DNA of 44,347 bases, from contig PMAL01000141.1 in assembly GCA_003152555.1 (NCBI GenBank), forward strand, positions 2,109 through 46,455. The letters run 5' to 3'. The DNA is from Acidimicrobiaceae bacterium. GTDB lineage: Bacteria; Actinomycetota; Acidimicrobiia; Acidimicrobiales; RAAP-2. The position numbers and the translations under genes are program-made. Every line of letters begins with the position of its first letter. The first letter of the stretch is position 1. The notes beneath the pieces are model-generated. The model was not told the DNA's origin. It searched no databases and was given only the letters and a program-made list of their open reading frames with translations. Positions 30,372-39,668 of the stretch are shown here, one piece after another.

Positions 30372-31748
30372 TTACTCCCTGGTTTCACCCTGCAAACGAC
30401 GTTTCAATTGATTGATCTGCGACAACGTTTCCGCGTTCAGTGCAATCTGTTCGCGAATCTTTTCGACGCCACTTATCACGGTGGTGTGGTTACGCCCGTC
30501 AAAGATCCTCGCGATCATTGGATAGGAGTAATTCGTGAGAAGATCGCGAATCAAGTACATCGCAACGTGTCGGGCGTGTACGAGTGGGCGCAGACGCTTG
30601 GCCCCACGTACGTCTTCCACGGAGAGCCCGTAAAACTCTGAAACAACAGCCAATATGGTCTCCGGCTTGAGAATTACTTGTTCCTGACCCAAATTAGTGA
30701 GATGCGCTTTGGCGAGTTCGAGTGAAATTGGCTCTTGTCGCAAATTGGCGAACGCTCGCAACATCGTGATTGATCCCTCGAGCTCGCGAATGTTGTCACG
30801 TACGCGCTGGGCAATCCATTCCGCAACATCACTCGGTAGGTCAATTCCCTCTCGCTCGGCCTTGGAGCGAAGAATGGCAATACGTGTTTCCAAGTCCGGC
30901 TGATCGATCTCTGTAACGAGTCCTTGTAAGAGACGACTGCGAAATCGATCTTGCAGTCCCGCGAGGTCACGAGGTGAACGGTCCGACGTCAAGACGATCT
31001 GCTTACCGTCGCCGTGCAGTGCATTGTAGGTGTGGAATATTTCTTCGTGAAAAGTTTCACCGCGAGTTTCCATGAACTGGATGTCGTCGATGAGTAGAAC
31101 ATCGTTCTCGCGATAGCGCTCGTGCAGGGCCAACTGTGTTCTGGTTTGAATGGCACGGATGAAGTCGTTAAGGAATGTTTCGGTTGAAACATAGAGGACC
31201 TTGCGACCAGGATAATTTTCCTGCACGTAGTTGCCAATGGCGTGTAGCAGGTGGGTCTTACCCAGGCCTGAGTTTCCGTAAATCATTAGCGGATTGTAGG
31301 CACGACCAGGAGTTTCAGCGACAGACTGTGCGGCCGCGAAAGCCAAGCGATTCGACGATCCCGGCACGAAGGAGTCAAAGGTCATACGTGGATCGAGGCG
31401 CGCGGGCCGATCAACACTAGGAACAAACGAGGTCGCGTCGGATTCCGTTACTCGTTCGTCGCCGACGTGATTTGTTGGCGTCACCGTTTCGTCACTCAGC
31501 GTTAACGAAACTTGCACCTGCGCACCTATCAACTGTCTCGCTTGTTCGGTGATAAATGGGAGGTAGCGCTGCTGCACCCGCTGCAGTTGAATTTGATTCG
31601 GCGCGCCAATGACCAGTTGATTATCGTGGTAATCCACAAGACGCAGTGTGCTTAACCCTGCGGACCAAACTGACTCAGAAGCGTTGCCGCGTAAGGAGTC
31701 TTGTAGTGCCGACCAGATCTCCTCACTACTCTGCATTAGTTCCTCCAC
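30372..31748 (-). CDS. dnaA: Chromosomal replication initiator DnaA
   Basis: TFDSFV.G.SN, YNPL.IYG.SGLGKTHL, LLIDDIQF, NIRELEG and domain IV GRNHTTV. Confidence 0.98.
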   Translation of the reverse strand: MEELMQSSEEIWSALQDSLRGNASESVWSAGLSTLRLVDYHDNQLVIGAPNQIQLQRVQQRYLPFITEQARQLIGAQVQVSLTLSDETVTPTNHVGDERVTESDATSFVPSVDRPARLDPRMTFDSFVPGSSNRLAFAAAQSVAETPGRAYNPLMIYGNSGLGKTHLLHAIGNYVQENYPGRKVLYVSTETFLNDFIRAIQTRTQLALHERYRENDVLLIDDIQFMETRGETFHEEIFHTYNALHGDGKQIVLTSDRSPRDLAGLQDRFRSRLLQGLVTEIDQPDLETRIAILRSKAEREGIDLPSDVAEWIAQRVRDNIRELEGSITMLRAFANLRQEPISLELAKAHLTNLGQEQVILKPETILAVVSEFYGLSVEDVRGAKRLRPLVHARHVAMYLIRDLLTNYSYPMIARIFDGRNHTTVISGVEKIREQIALNAETLSQINQLKRRLQGETRE

Positions 31749-31763
31749 AGGTCAACACTGACT

Positions 31764-31772
31764 TTATCCACA
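31764..31772 (+). promoter_or_regulatory. Perfect DnaA box upstream of dnaA (autoregulation)
   Basis: TTATCCACA about 15 bp before the dnaA start; a degenerate TCCTCCACA overlaps the start codon. Confidence 0.8.
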
Positions 31773-31944
31773 AGCAGAGTCCCTCTTCAATTGATTCAGG
31801 TGTCCTTGGGGAGTGTTACCATACTCCGATTTCGTGCGCCGTGCCAAGAGCATGGTCCGGTGGGATAAGATTGTTCCCAGTTGTGCGCCAGCGACCCCCA
31901 GGGGGTACCGCGAAGCGCACCCAAATAGTTTGAGAAGAGGTTTT

Positions 31945-32079
31945 GTGAAGCGAACGTATCAACCTAATAAGAGGAAAAGGGCTAAAACGCACGGTTTTCG
32001 TGCTCGTATGCGAACCCGTGCCGGTCGAGCCATTCTAAAGGCCCGCCGTGACAAGGGCCGCCACGAGCTGACGGTCTGA
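31945..32079 (+). CDS. rpmH: 50S ribosomal protein L34
   Basis: [22 protein letters not shown]...; GTG start with SD GAGG. Confidence 0.97.
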   Translation: MKRTYQPNKRKRAKTHGFRARMRTRAGRAILKARRDKGRHELTV

Positions 32080-32086
32080 GCCCAAA

Positions 32087-32419
32087 GTGCCTGGTCGGGT
32101 TCGAACCCGACGGCAGTTCGCACTTTTGGCCACGCCGACAGATCGGGGTCAAAGCGGTCCGCTGCGAATCAGTTTCGTAGCCGAGGCCGGTCAGAACCCA
32201 ACTGTCAATGTGGCCTACGCGATCGGTCGAAACGTCGGAAATGCCGTGGTTCGCAACCAAATTCGACGGCGTTTACGGGCACTCGTAGATAACTTTATTC
32301 CTCAACCACATTCAGGAAATTACCTGATCAGATGTGGCTTAGAGACAGGAAATCTCTCCTATGACGAACTTCAACACCACTTACACCAGGCCATGGAATG
32401 TGCCGGCGCCTTCAACTAA
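32087..32419 (+). CDS. rnpA: Ribonuclease P protein component
   Basis: RNR motif VGNAVVRNQIRRRLR; directly follows rpmH. Confidence 0.9.
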   Translation: MPGRVRTRRQFALLATPTDRGQSGPLRISFVAEAGQNPTVNVAYAIGRNVGNAVVRNQIRRRLRALVDNFIPQPHSGNYLIRCGLETGNLSYDELQHHLHQAMECAGAFN

Positions 32420-32666
32420 GCCTTCGCTCGGCGCCCGGGCACTGCTCGGTGCAATTGGCATCTACCAGCGCCTGAGCGCCGGGCGAATTGCCCCGTGCCG
32501 CTTTTACCCCTCGTGCTCTCACTACGCCGCCGAAGCCATTGAGGTTCACGGCGCTTGGCGTGGTATGGGTTTGGCATTGCGACGCCTGAGCCGCTGTCGC
32601 CCGCTCGGTCCACACGGCGTTGATCTGGTGCCAGAAGCGAGAAACGTTAGGAGCACTCAGTCATGA
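32400..32666 (+). CDS. yidD: Membrane protein insertion efficiency factor YidD
   Basis: YQR.S....CRFYPSCSHYA.EAI..HG..RG....RC.P....G.D; start position uncertain. Confidence 0.9.
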   Translation: MPAPSTKPSLGARALLGAIGIYQRLSAGRIAPCRFYPSCSHYAAEAIEVHGAWRGMGLALRRLSRCRPLGPHGVDLVPEARNVRSTQS

Positions 32667-33643
32667 CGTCTTTAAAACACGCCGTTGGCAGTGTGTTCCA
32701 GCCTATTTTCCACGTCGTTGGATGGATGCTGGCGCTCTGCTACGACCTGATACCGAACTACGCGATTGCCATAACGATGCTCACGATCATCATCATGGCC
32801 GTGCTCACGCCGTTCACGATCAAGAGCACTAAGTCCATGATGGCGATGCAAAAGCTCCAGCCCGAGATAAAGAAGCTTCAACAAAAGTACAAGGGTCCGG
32901 AAAACCGCCAGATGTTGAACGAAGAGATGATGAAGCTCTATCGCGAGGAGGGCGCCAATCCGATTGGCGGCTGTCTGCCGATGCTGTTGCAGATGCCCTT
33001 TCTCTTCATTCTTTATAGCGTTATCAAGGGTTTGGCCAACAAGGTGCTGATCCACGGTGTGTTGACATCGGTGCCGCGCTACATCCCGACAAGCTCAAAG
33101 ATGTACACGAGCCTTACTGCTTCGAACGGCCAGATCAAGGCTTTTGGCATGGACCTCAACCTCAAGGCCTTTAGCGTTCACAGTTCGTTCGCCGCGCAAA
33201 TCCCCTTCTTTGTATTCGTGGCTGTTGCGGTAGCCCTTCAGTATTTCCAGATGGCCCAGATGTCCAATCGAAGCAAGAAGAACGGCATCGCCATACCGAG
33301 CCAGCAACTCATGATGCAGCGGTTCTTTCCGATTATTTTCGCATACTTCTATCTTGTAATTCCAGCCGCTGTTGTGCTTTACATGATTGTTTCAACAGTC
33401 ATCCGCATAATTACTCAAGACCTCATGTTTCGAGCTGGGATCTCGAACCCCAATAAGGGCAAAGACCCGACGTTGGAGCCAGGTGAACCGAGGGAAATAC
33501 CGGCGATCGAGGCAAAACCTTCAACCACTAAGCCGGCCGCCTCAAAGCCCGGCGTCCCAAGATCGTCGAGTAATCGGCCATCGGTCGCAAAGCCTCAACC
33601 AAACTCACGCTCCAAAGCGAAGCGGAAGCGAAAGGAGCGATAG
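32663..33643 (+). CDS. yidC: Membrane protein insertase YidC
   Basis: MQKLQPEIKKLQQKY, NPIGGCLPMLLQMP, TM helices and basic C-terminal tail. Confidence 0.95.
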   Translation: MTSLKHAVGSVFQPIFHVVGWMLALCYDLIPNYAIAITMLTIIIMAVLTPFTIKSTKSMMAMQKLQPEIKKLQQKYKGPENRQMLNEEMMKLYREEGANPIGGCLPMLLQMPFLFILYSVIKGLANKVLIHGVLTSVPRYIPTSSKMYTSLTASNGQIKAFGMDLNLKAFSVHSSFAAQIPFFVFVAVAVALQYFQMAQMSNRSKKNGIAIPSQQLMMQRFFPIIFAYFYLVIPAAVVLYMIVSTVIRIITQDLMFRAGISNPNKGKDPTLEPGEPREIPAIEAKPSTTKPAASKPGVPRSSSNRPSVAKPQPNSRSKAKRKRKER

Positions 33644-33646
33644 CCC

Positions 33647-34516
33647 ATGGATTGGGTAGAAACTACTGGAAAATCAATTGACGAGGCCACCGATCGAGCG
33701 CTCGCCCACCTCGGAGTCCATCGAGACGACGCGGAAGTTGAAGTGATCGAGGAGCCCAAAGCCGGGCTTTTTGGACGGATGCGCGGGGAAGCTCGGGTTC
33801 GGGCTCGAGTACGACCGGCAGGACCACGACCTAAGCGTTCGCGGCGATCAGGTGGTCGAGAAGACCGACCGCGCAGCTCCAGTCCGCGAATCGAGAAGAC
33901 GCGTGTCGCGGCAACATCAAGCGCGGGAACACCGCGCAGAGAAAAGGAACCAACGAATAGCGCTCGGCGCCCCCAACAGGGGCCCAAGAGCGGCCCAGCA
34001 CAATCTGAAAAGAGTCCATCGAAGGAGGACACTATGGCCGAAGGAATTTCGTTAGCTGAACAAGGATCAATTGCCAAGGAATTCTTAGAGGGACTGCTGG
34101 CTTCGATGAATATCGCCGCTGCTGTCTCGGTGAAGGAACTGGATGAAGAGACGATTGAGCTCTCGGTGAATGCCGATCCTCCCACGGAACTCGGTGTTCT
34201 CGTCGGGCCTCGGGGCACCACGCTCCAGGCGCTTCAAGAAGTGACAAGAACTGTGGTTCAATCAAAGAGTCCGAGCCGCACCGACCGGATTTTGGTTGAC
34301 GTGGCTCAGTACCGCGAGCGACGAGTGGTAGCCCTGGGACGCTTTGCGCAGCAAGTGGCTCAAGAGGTGAGTGACACTGGTGAGGAGCGGGCGTTAGAAC
34401 CAATGTCCGCCGCCGATCGTAAGGCCGTTCACGATGCTCTGACTGAGAACCCTTTAGTAACCACGAGGTCCGAGGGTGAAGAACCGCGTCGTTTCGTGGT
34501 GGTTGTTCCGGCATAA
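33647..34516 (+). CDS. jag: RNA-binding protein Jag/EloR/KhpB (Jag_N-KH-R3H)
   Basis: Jag_N (ETTGKSIDEA...GLFG), disordered linker, KH (LVGPRGTTLQALQ) and R3H (RKAVH). Confidence 0.92.
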   Translation: MDWVETTGKSIDEATDRALAHLGVHRDDAEVEVIEEPKAGLFGRMRGEARVRARVRPAGPRPKRSRRSGGREDRPRSSSPRIEKTRVAATSSAGTPRREKEPTNSARRPQQGPKSGPAQSEKSPSKEDTMAEGISLAEQGSIAKEFLEGLLASMNIAAAVSVKELDEETIELSVNADPPTELGVLVGPRGTTLQALQEVTRTVVQSKSPSRTDRILVDVAQYRERRVVALGRFAQQVAQEVSDTGEERALEPMSAADRKAVHDALTENPLVTTRSEGEEPRRFVVVVPA

Positions 34517-34523
34517 TTGAACC

Positions 34524-35147
34524 ATGCAGAATGATTGGCTTTTCCGCGCCCTTGAGCAATCAAGGGCGCGGGGCTATTTAGGGCCAGCTGACATTGAGCA
34601 GCAAATTGCCCATGCCGAGGGCTTTGCTCAATGCTGGGACGATCTCTATGCTTCTCCCCCGAGTGAGTTTCTGGATCTAGGTAGCGGTGGCGGACTGCCA
34701 GGGCTTGTACTGCTCGAGCGTTGGTCCTGTCGGGCTGTTTTGGTTGATTCAATGATCAAGCGCATGAGGTTTCTCACCGAAGTGCTTGCAGAGGCGGACG
34801 CTCCCTCAAACGCGGAAGTCATTACTGGACGGGCTGAACAAGTCGCAAGGAATCCCCTTCTTTCGGGCGTCTTTGACCTAGTGACCGCACGATCATTTGG
34901 TCCGCCGGCGGTAACGGCAGAGTGCTCGGTCAGATTTCTCAGGGTTGGGGGAGTGCTCATTGTCTCAGAACCGCCTGACGACAGTGAAACTGGCCGTTGG
35001 AATAAGGAAATCCTGGCGGAATTGGGCCTTGAAGCAAAGGGTAGGGTGCGTCACGGTGCAGCGTTCCAAATTCTGCTGAAAACTTCACCAACACCTGACA
35101 AGTATCCTCGAAGTATTGGAATACCCGGAAAATCCCCGCTCTTTTAG
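34524..35147 (+). CDS. rsmG: 16S rRNA m7G527 methyltransferase RsmG/GidB
   Basis: DLGSGGGLPG, GRAE, VTARSF and YPRSIG.P.K.PL. Confidence 0.92.
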   Translation: MQNDWLFRALEQSRARGYLGPADIEQQIAHAEGFAQCWDDLYASPPSEFLDLGSGGGLPGLVLLERWSCRAVLVDSMIKRMRFLTEVLAEADAPSNAEVITGRAEQVARNPLLSGVFDLVTARSFGPPAVTAECSVRFLRVGGVLIVSEPPDDSETGRWNKEILAELGLEAKGRVRHGAAFQILLKTSPTPDKYPRSIGIPGKSPLF

Positions 35148-35464
35148 TGTTTCACGTGAAACAATCTATAATGGGTGAGGTATTTATCCGTCATTTCGCC
35201 GAAGAGTCGCGACGGTTGTCAGAACCCGAGCGTCGTTTCACGTGAAACAATCCACGGTCATGGCTCGGAATCCCACGCAGCCGACAAGAAGAAGTTGGCC
35301 CAATCATGGTTAAGTCGTGCTTGTTTCACGTGAAACATATGCGCTCAGGCAAGTAACTCGGTGCTGATCAAAGGACGAATCCTGAACCGGAAGGGCTCTC
35401 GAGTTAATGTAAGGTTTCACGTGAAATATCGGATAGCGGGAAACTGCTTGTTTCACGTGAAACA
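35148..35464. repeat. Cluster of five parS centromere sites
   Basis: Perfect TGTTTCACGTGAAACA at 35148, 35322 and 35449; variants CGTTTCACGTGAAACA at 35234 and GGTTTCACGTGAAATA at 35413; directly upstream of parA. Confidence 0.96.
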
Positions 35465-35551
35465 TCGGTACTTGACGACTCAATCAAAACCGAGTTGAAT
35501 GGCAGGGTATTCGACGCAGTGTCGGGATGCTCGTAAGCCGGAAAGAGGCTC

Positions 35552-36325
35552 ATGGCGGACGCCAGCAAGATGACGATTTTTGCTGTAGCCAACCAAAAAG
35601 GTGGCGTTGGCAAGACCACAACCACAATTTCCTTGGGGGCAGCGCTAGCCAGCAAGGGCAAGCGGGTCTTGGTGGTTGATCTCGACCCACAGGGCAATGC
35701 CACTACGGGTCTAGGTGTTGATGGCCGTCAATTCGAACGGTCCGTCTACGACGTGCTTTTGAACGATATTCCAATGGTGGATGTTGTAGAACCCACCGGA
35801 TTCAATAACCTTTTTGTTGCCCCGGCCACTCTGGATCTTGCCGGTGTTGAACAGGAGCTGGCCTCTGTTATCTCGAGAGAACTTCGCTTAAAGAGGGCCA
35901 TCACCTCGGTCGAGGGAGATTTTGACTATATCTTCATCGACTGTCCCCCGTCTTTGGGGCTCATTACCATTAACGCGTTTGCCGCAGCGACAGACATTTT
36001 GGTTCCGGTCCAGACTGAGTTCTACGCTCTTGAGGGTTTGACGCAGCTCCAACGGATAGTTGACCTGGTTCAGAAGAACCTCAACCCGATGCTGCGAATT
36101 ACCAAGGTTGTTTTGACGATGTACGACTCGAGAAACACACTTTCAATAGACGTGGCGGCGGAGGTTCGCCGACATTTCCCCGATGAGCTATGTAAAGCTG
36201 TTATTCCGAGAACGGTGCGCCTCGCCGAAGCACCGTCGTTCGGTCAACCGATCACTGTCTTCGATCCTTCTTCAAAAGGTGCAAAGGCATATTTCGCGCT
36301 AGCAGAGGAGATAATCAATGGCTAG
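35552..36325 (+). CDS. parA: Chromosome partitioning ATPase ParA/Soj
   Basis: NQKGGVGKTTT, DLDPQGNAT, IDCPPSLG, EFYALEG and RLAEAPSFG. Confidence 0.97.
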   Translation: MADASKMTIFAVANQKGGVGKTTTTISLGAALASKGKRVLVVDLDPQGNATTGLGVDGRQFERSVYDVLLNDIPMVDVVEPTGFNNLFVAPATLDLAGVEQELASVISRELRLKRAITSVEGDFDYIFIDCPPSLGLITINAFAAATDILVPVQTEFYALEGLTQLQRIVDLVQKNLNPMLRITKVVLTMYDSRNTLSIDVAAEVRRHFPDELCKAVIPRTVRLAEAPSFGQPITVFDPSSKGAKAYFALAEEIING

Positions 36326-37241
36326 GAAACCAGGTTTGGGTAAAGGGCTCGGAGCCCTTATTCCAGAGAGCACCGTCCCGGAGCAATCAACCTCAGCACC
36401 AGAATCCTCGGGACCACTTCGAATGGTGCTGGTTACTTCGATCAGACCGAACCCCTTTCAACCAAGAAAGTCCTTTACGGACGAAAGTCTGCAAACCCTT
36501 GCGTCGTCAGTACGAGAATTGGGCGTTCTGCAACCCATCATTGTTCGACCGGTTGAAGGTGAGGCGAACCTCTTCGAGTTGATCGCGGGAGAACGTCGCT
36601 GGAGGGCGGCGGGGCTCGCCGGACTCGAGGTGGTCCCAGTACTAGTCCAAGATGACGTGAACGACCGACTCTCCCTCGAGCAAGCTGTCGTAGAAAATCT
36701 CCATCGAGTTGACCTTCATCCATTAGAAGAGGCCGCGGCATATCAGCAGTTAATTGATGAGTTTGACCTCACGCACGAGCAGGTTGCCCAACGAGTTGGT
36801 AAGAGTCGAGCAAATGTTACGAACACGTTACGACTCCTTCAATTGGGCGAAGTTGCCCAAGCGGCGCTTGGCAGTTCGCAAATCACCGCCGGCCACGCCC
36901 GTTCGTTACTGGCGATCACCGACGCCAATGCTCAAGCCACGATGGTGGCGCGCGTTATCAAGAACGAACTATCGGTGCGAGCTACCGAAGATGCTGTCAA
37001 ATCCTTCCTGGAGCCCAAGCCCATCAGCACTGCTGACGCCTCGACAAAAGTTGACCCGGCGAAGCCCCGTCTTCGTCCGGTACCCGATGCCAGCGTCGCC
37101 GAGCTTGAACAACTACTTGAGGACTATCTCGACACGAGGGTTCACGTTGATCTCAAGGGCCGCAATGGCCGCATAATCATTGATTTTGCGGACTTGGACG
37201 ACCTTGAACGGCTCTACATCACCATTTCGCAGGCAAAGTAA
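36318..37241 (+). CDS. parB: Chromosome partitioning CTPase ParB
   Basis: GLGKGLGALI, NPFQPRK, AGERRWRA, ENLHRVDL and HTH GKSRANVTNTLRLL. Confidence 0.97.
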   Translation: MARKPGLGKGLGALIPESTVPEQSTSAPESSGPLRMVLVTSIRPNPFQPRKSFTDESLQTLASSVRELGVLQPIIVRPVEGEANLFELIAGERRWRAAGLAGLEVVPVLVQDDVNDRLSLEQAVVENLHRVDLHPLEEAAAYQQLIDEFDLTHEQVAQRVGKSRANVTNTLRLLQLGEVAQAALGSSQITAGHARSLLAITDANAQATMVARVIKNELSVRATEDAVKSFLEPKPISTADASTKVDPAKPRLRPVPDASVAELEQLLEDYLDTRVHVDLKGRNGRIIIDFADLDDLERLYITISQAK

Positions 37242-37274
37242 CCTTCAACCTTCAACTTAAACCATTCGTTGAAG

Positions 37275-37390
37275 TTATCCCCAAGTTGTGGATGAAGTTG
37301 TGGGTTTCTCAAGGAATTCTTTGAAATAAAGGGCTTTGAGAGTCGGATGAACGACCATTTTGGTCGATATTGAGACCTACCTGTGGAAAA
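37275..37390. promoter_or_regulatory. DnaA-box cluster downstream of parB
   Basis: TTATCCCCA (37275-37283), TGTGGATGA (37287-37295), TGTGGGTTT (37299-37307) and TGTGGAAAA (37382-37390); three are one mismatch from consensus. Confidence 0.65.
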
Positions 37391-38318
37391 CTTCCGACAA
37401 AATCTCCACGACAGTGGTCGAAAACTCACGTAACGCGGACGCGTCAAGATCTCCGTGTTCAATTCTTAGCGTGGTCATCGTTGTCTCGCGCATGATGGTC
37501 AACGCCATTCCTGTGACCTCGACGGCCGGTAGATGCTCTGACCTGGATAAACCCGTTGCCAGTGAACTGGCGAGCTGCTCGCCTTGACGAGAGTGCGCGC
37601 GATAGCTGGCCCAGTAGTGGAGGCGGATGACGTTGAGACTTGATACTTCTTGGATCGAGAGCACGGTTACCGCACCGTGGGCGTTGGCAAAACGGGTGAC
37701 CTCATCGTCGAAGCTCGCGGTGAGGTTGTGCACGTCGAACGATGAAGCGGCCGCACTCGCGAGTAGGGCCGCGAGCGGACTTTCTCCGCACAGCACCAGC
37801 GGTCCTGACGCGACATCGTCAAAACCCGCGAGGTCGCGCGCTTCGTTGACCAGGTTTCTGTCCGATGTTGTCATTGTCAGTCGCGTGAGTTCGCGTAGGG
37901 TGATTCGGGTCAGGGTTCCATCGGCGCCGATGCCACAGTTGCGCTGAAAATCGATCAACGCGTGTTCGAGAATGGGGCCAAAAATCCCGTCGATTCTCCC
38001 CGGATTGAATCCCAATTGGGCGAGGTGCACTTGTAAATCCGCGACGTCGTCGCCGCGCAGATTCGGTCGCGTTAGGTATAAGAGACGTTGACCCGGTTGC
38101 CAGCTGGCCTCGACTAAACGAGTCCACGTGGTCGAGTCCACAACGCCAGTGATGGGCAACCCGCGTGAACGTTGGAAAGCCTCAACGGCGATGAGCGTAT
38201 TGTCATCAAACGTGTCGAGCGTTTCGGTTACGAGCGCGGTACCAACGTGGCGTAATAGTTCGTGGAGTTCGCACACCCGGTCCCCCGAAGCGCCACGATG
38301 TAGATTGTCGAAGTTCAG
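37377..38318 (-). CDS. cwlM: CwlM-like protein: two peptidoglycan-binding domains plus a degenerate amidase-3 domain
   Basis: PG_binding_1 repeats (FQRSRGLPITGVVD..TW; RGDDVADLQ..L.QLGF.PGRIDGIFG) and amidase-like remnant (MRETTM); usual position between trxA and parB; start uncertain (GTG 38276 or CTG 38318). Confidence 0.75.
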   Translation of the reverse strand: MNFDNLHRGASGDRVCELHELLRHVGTALVTETLDTFDDNTLIAVEAFQRSRGLPITGVVDSTTWTRLVEASWQPGQRLLYLTRPNLRGDDVADLQVHLAQLGFNPGRIDGIFGPILEHALIDFQRNCGIGADGTLTRITLRELTRLTMTTSDRNLVNEARDLAGFDDVASGPLVLCGESPLAALLASAAASSFDVHNLTASFDDEVTRFANAHGAVTVLSIQEVSSLNVIRLHYWASYRAHSRQGEQLASSLATGLSRSEHLPAVEVTGMALTIMRETTMTTLRIEHGDLDASALREFSTTVVEILSEVFHR

Positions 38319-38326
38319 GGTCTGAA

Positions 38327-38653
38327 CTAGAGGTTGGCGGTGATCTCTTGGAGCAGCGCACCCTTAGGCTTGGCGCCCACGAGGCGGGCCACGACCTCAC
38401 CGTCCTTGAACAGCAGCAGGGTGGGGATGCTCATGACCGAGAACTTGGTGGCGGTCGCAACGTTGACGTCAACGTCGAGTTTGCCAATGACGAACTTGTC
38501 AGACTGCTCGGTGGCGAACTCTTCCAAGATGGGAGCGATTGTCTTGCACGGCCCGCACCACTCAGCCCAGAAATCAACGAGAACGGGCTTCTCAGAGGCG
38601 CCGATCATTTCGTCGAATGTCGCGTCTGTCAGGGTCGTAATTTGCTCACTCAT
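38327..38653 (-). CDS. trxA: Thioredoxin
   Basis: [11 protein letters not shown] and SIPTL; SD GGAGG before ATG 38653. Confidence 0.97.
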   Translation of the reverse strand: MSEQITTLTDATFDEMIGASEKPVLVDFWAEWCGPCKTIAPILEEFATEQSDKFVIGKLDVDVNVATATKFSVMSIPTLLLFKDGEVVARLVGAKPKGALLQEITANL

Positions 38654-38714
38654 AGCAGCCTCCAAGAGCAACGCCACTTGCCAGCGTCGCGCGTTACACC
38701 TTAGCGCTGAGCCG

Positions 38715-39668
38715 TCACTGACCCATCGCTTCGAGCCAGCGTTCGGCGTCAATGGCCGCAATACAGCCCGATCCGGCCGAGGTGACCGCCTGGCGATAGA
38801 CGTGATCTTGCACGTCGCCCGCGGCGAAGAGGCCGTCAATGTTGGTGTAGGAACCCAGTCCAGTGCGCACGTAGCCGTTCTCTTCGAGGTCGACTTGATT
38901 GGTGACGAGGTTGGTATTGGGTATATGGCCAATGGCAACGAAGACACCGGTTACGTCGAGCACTCGCTCCTCGCCAGTGACGGTGTCGCAAACGGCGAGC
39001 CCCGCAACTTTGTCCTGCCCGAGGACCTCGGTCACCTGGGTGTTCCACGCAAAGCGGATCCTCTCGTTCTTAAGGGCCCGCTCCTGCATAATTTTTGACG
39101 CGCGCAGCGAGTCGCGTCGATGCACGATTGTCACGCTGGAAGCAAAGCGAGTGAGGAACAGTGCCTCCTCCATGGCGGAGTCACCGCCGCCGACCACCGC
39201 GATGGCTTGGCCGCGAAAGAAAAAGCCGTCGCAGGTCGCACAGGTCGAGAGTCCGTGACTGAGCAGTCGCTCCTCACCGGGCACGTTCATCATCAAGGAA
39301 CGCGCTCCGGTTGCCAGTATCACTGTGTCGGAGGTAATGCTGGGCTCGGCGTCGCCGGTGAGCCAGGCACGAAAGGGACGACTCGACGCGTCCAGTTTCT
39401 GGACCTTGGTGACGCGAAGGTCGGCGCCGAATCGGATGGCCTGGTCGCGCATCTTGATCATGAGCTCGGGGCCCGTGATTGCGTCAGGGAATCCGGGGTA
39501 GTTCTCCACGTCGGTGGTGAGCATGAGCTGGCCGCCGGGCTGGTCGGTCGTTGATGAGGGCTCGCCCTCGATCACGATCGGGTTCAGTTGCGCGCGCGCG
39601 GCATAGATCGCCGCGGTGAGCCCGGACGGCCCGGAGCCAATGATGAGGACACTCGTGTGCTCGGTCAT
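38715..39668 (-). CDS. trxB: Thioredoxin-disulfide reductase
   Basis: [36 protein letters not shown] and GDV.D..YRQA; SD AAGGAAG. Confidence 0.97.
   Translation of the reverse strand: MTEHTSVLIIGSGPSGLTAAIYAARAQLNPIVIEGEPSSTTDQPGGQLMLTTDVENYPGFPDAITGPELMIKMRDQAIRFGADLRVTKVQKLDASSRPFRAWLTGDAEPSITSDTVILATGARSLMMNVPGEERLLSHGLSTCATCDGFFFRGQAIAVVGGGDSAMEEALFLTRFASSVTIVHRRDSLRASKIMQERALKNERIRFAWNTQVTEVLGQDKVAGLAVCDTVTGEERVLDVTGVFVAIGHIPNTNLVTNQVDLEENGYVRTGLGSYTNIDGLFAAGDVQDHVYRQAVTSAGSGCIAAIDAERWLEAMGQ

Noticed and set aside
35148-35464. Regularly spaced palindromic repeats resembling a CRISPR array
   Set aside because: The repeats are the 16-bp parS consensus, most spacers are about 70 bp, they sit before parAB, and there are no cas genes.
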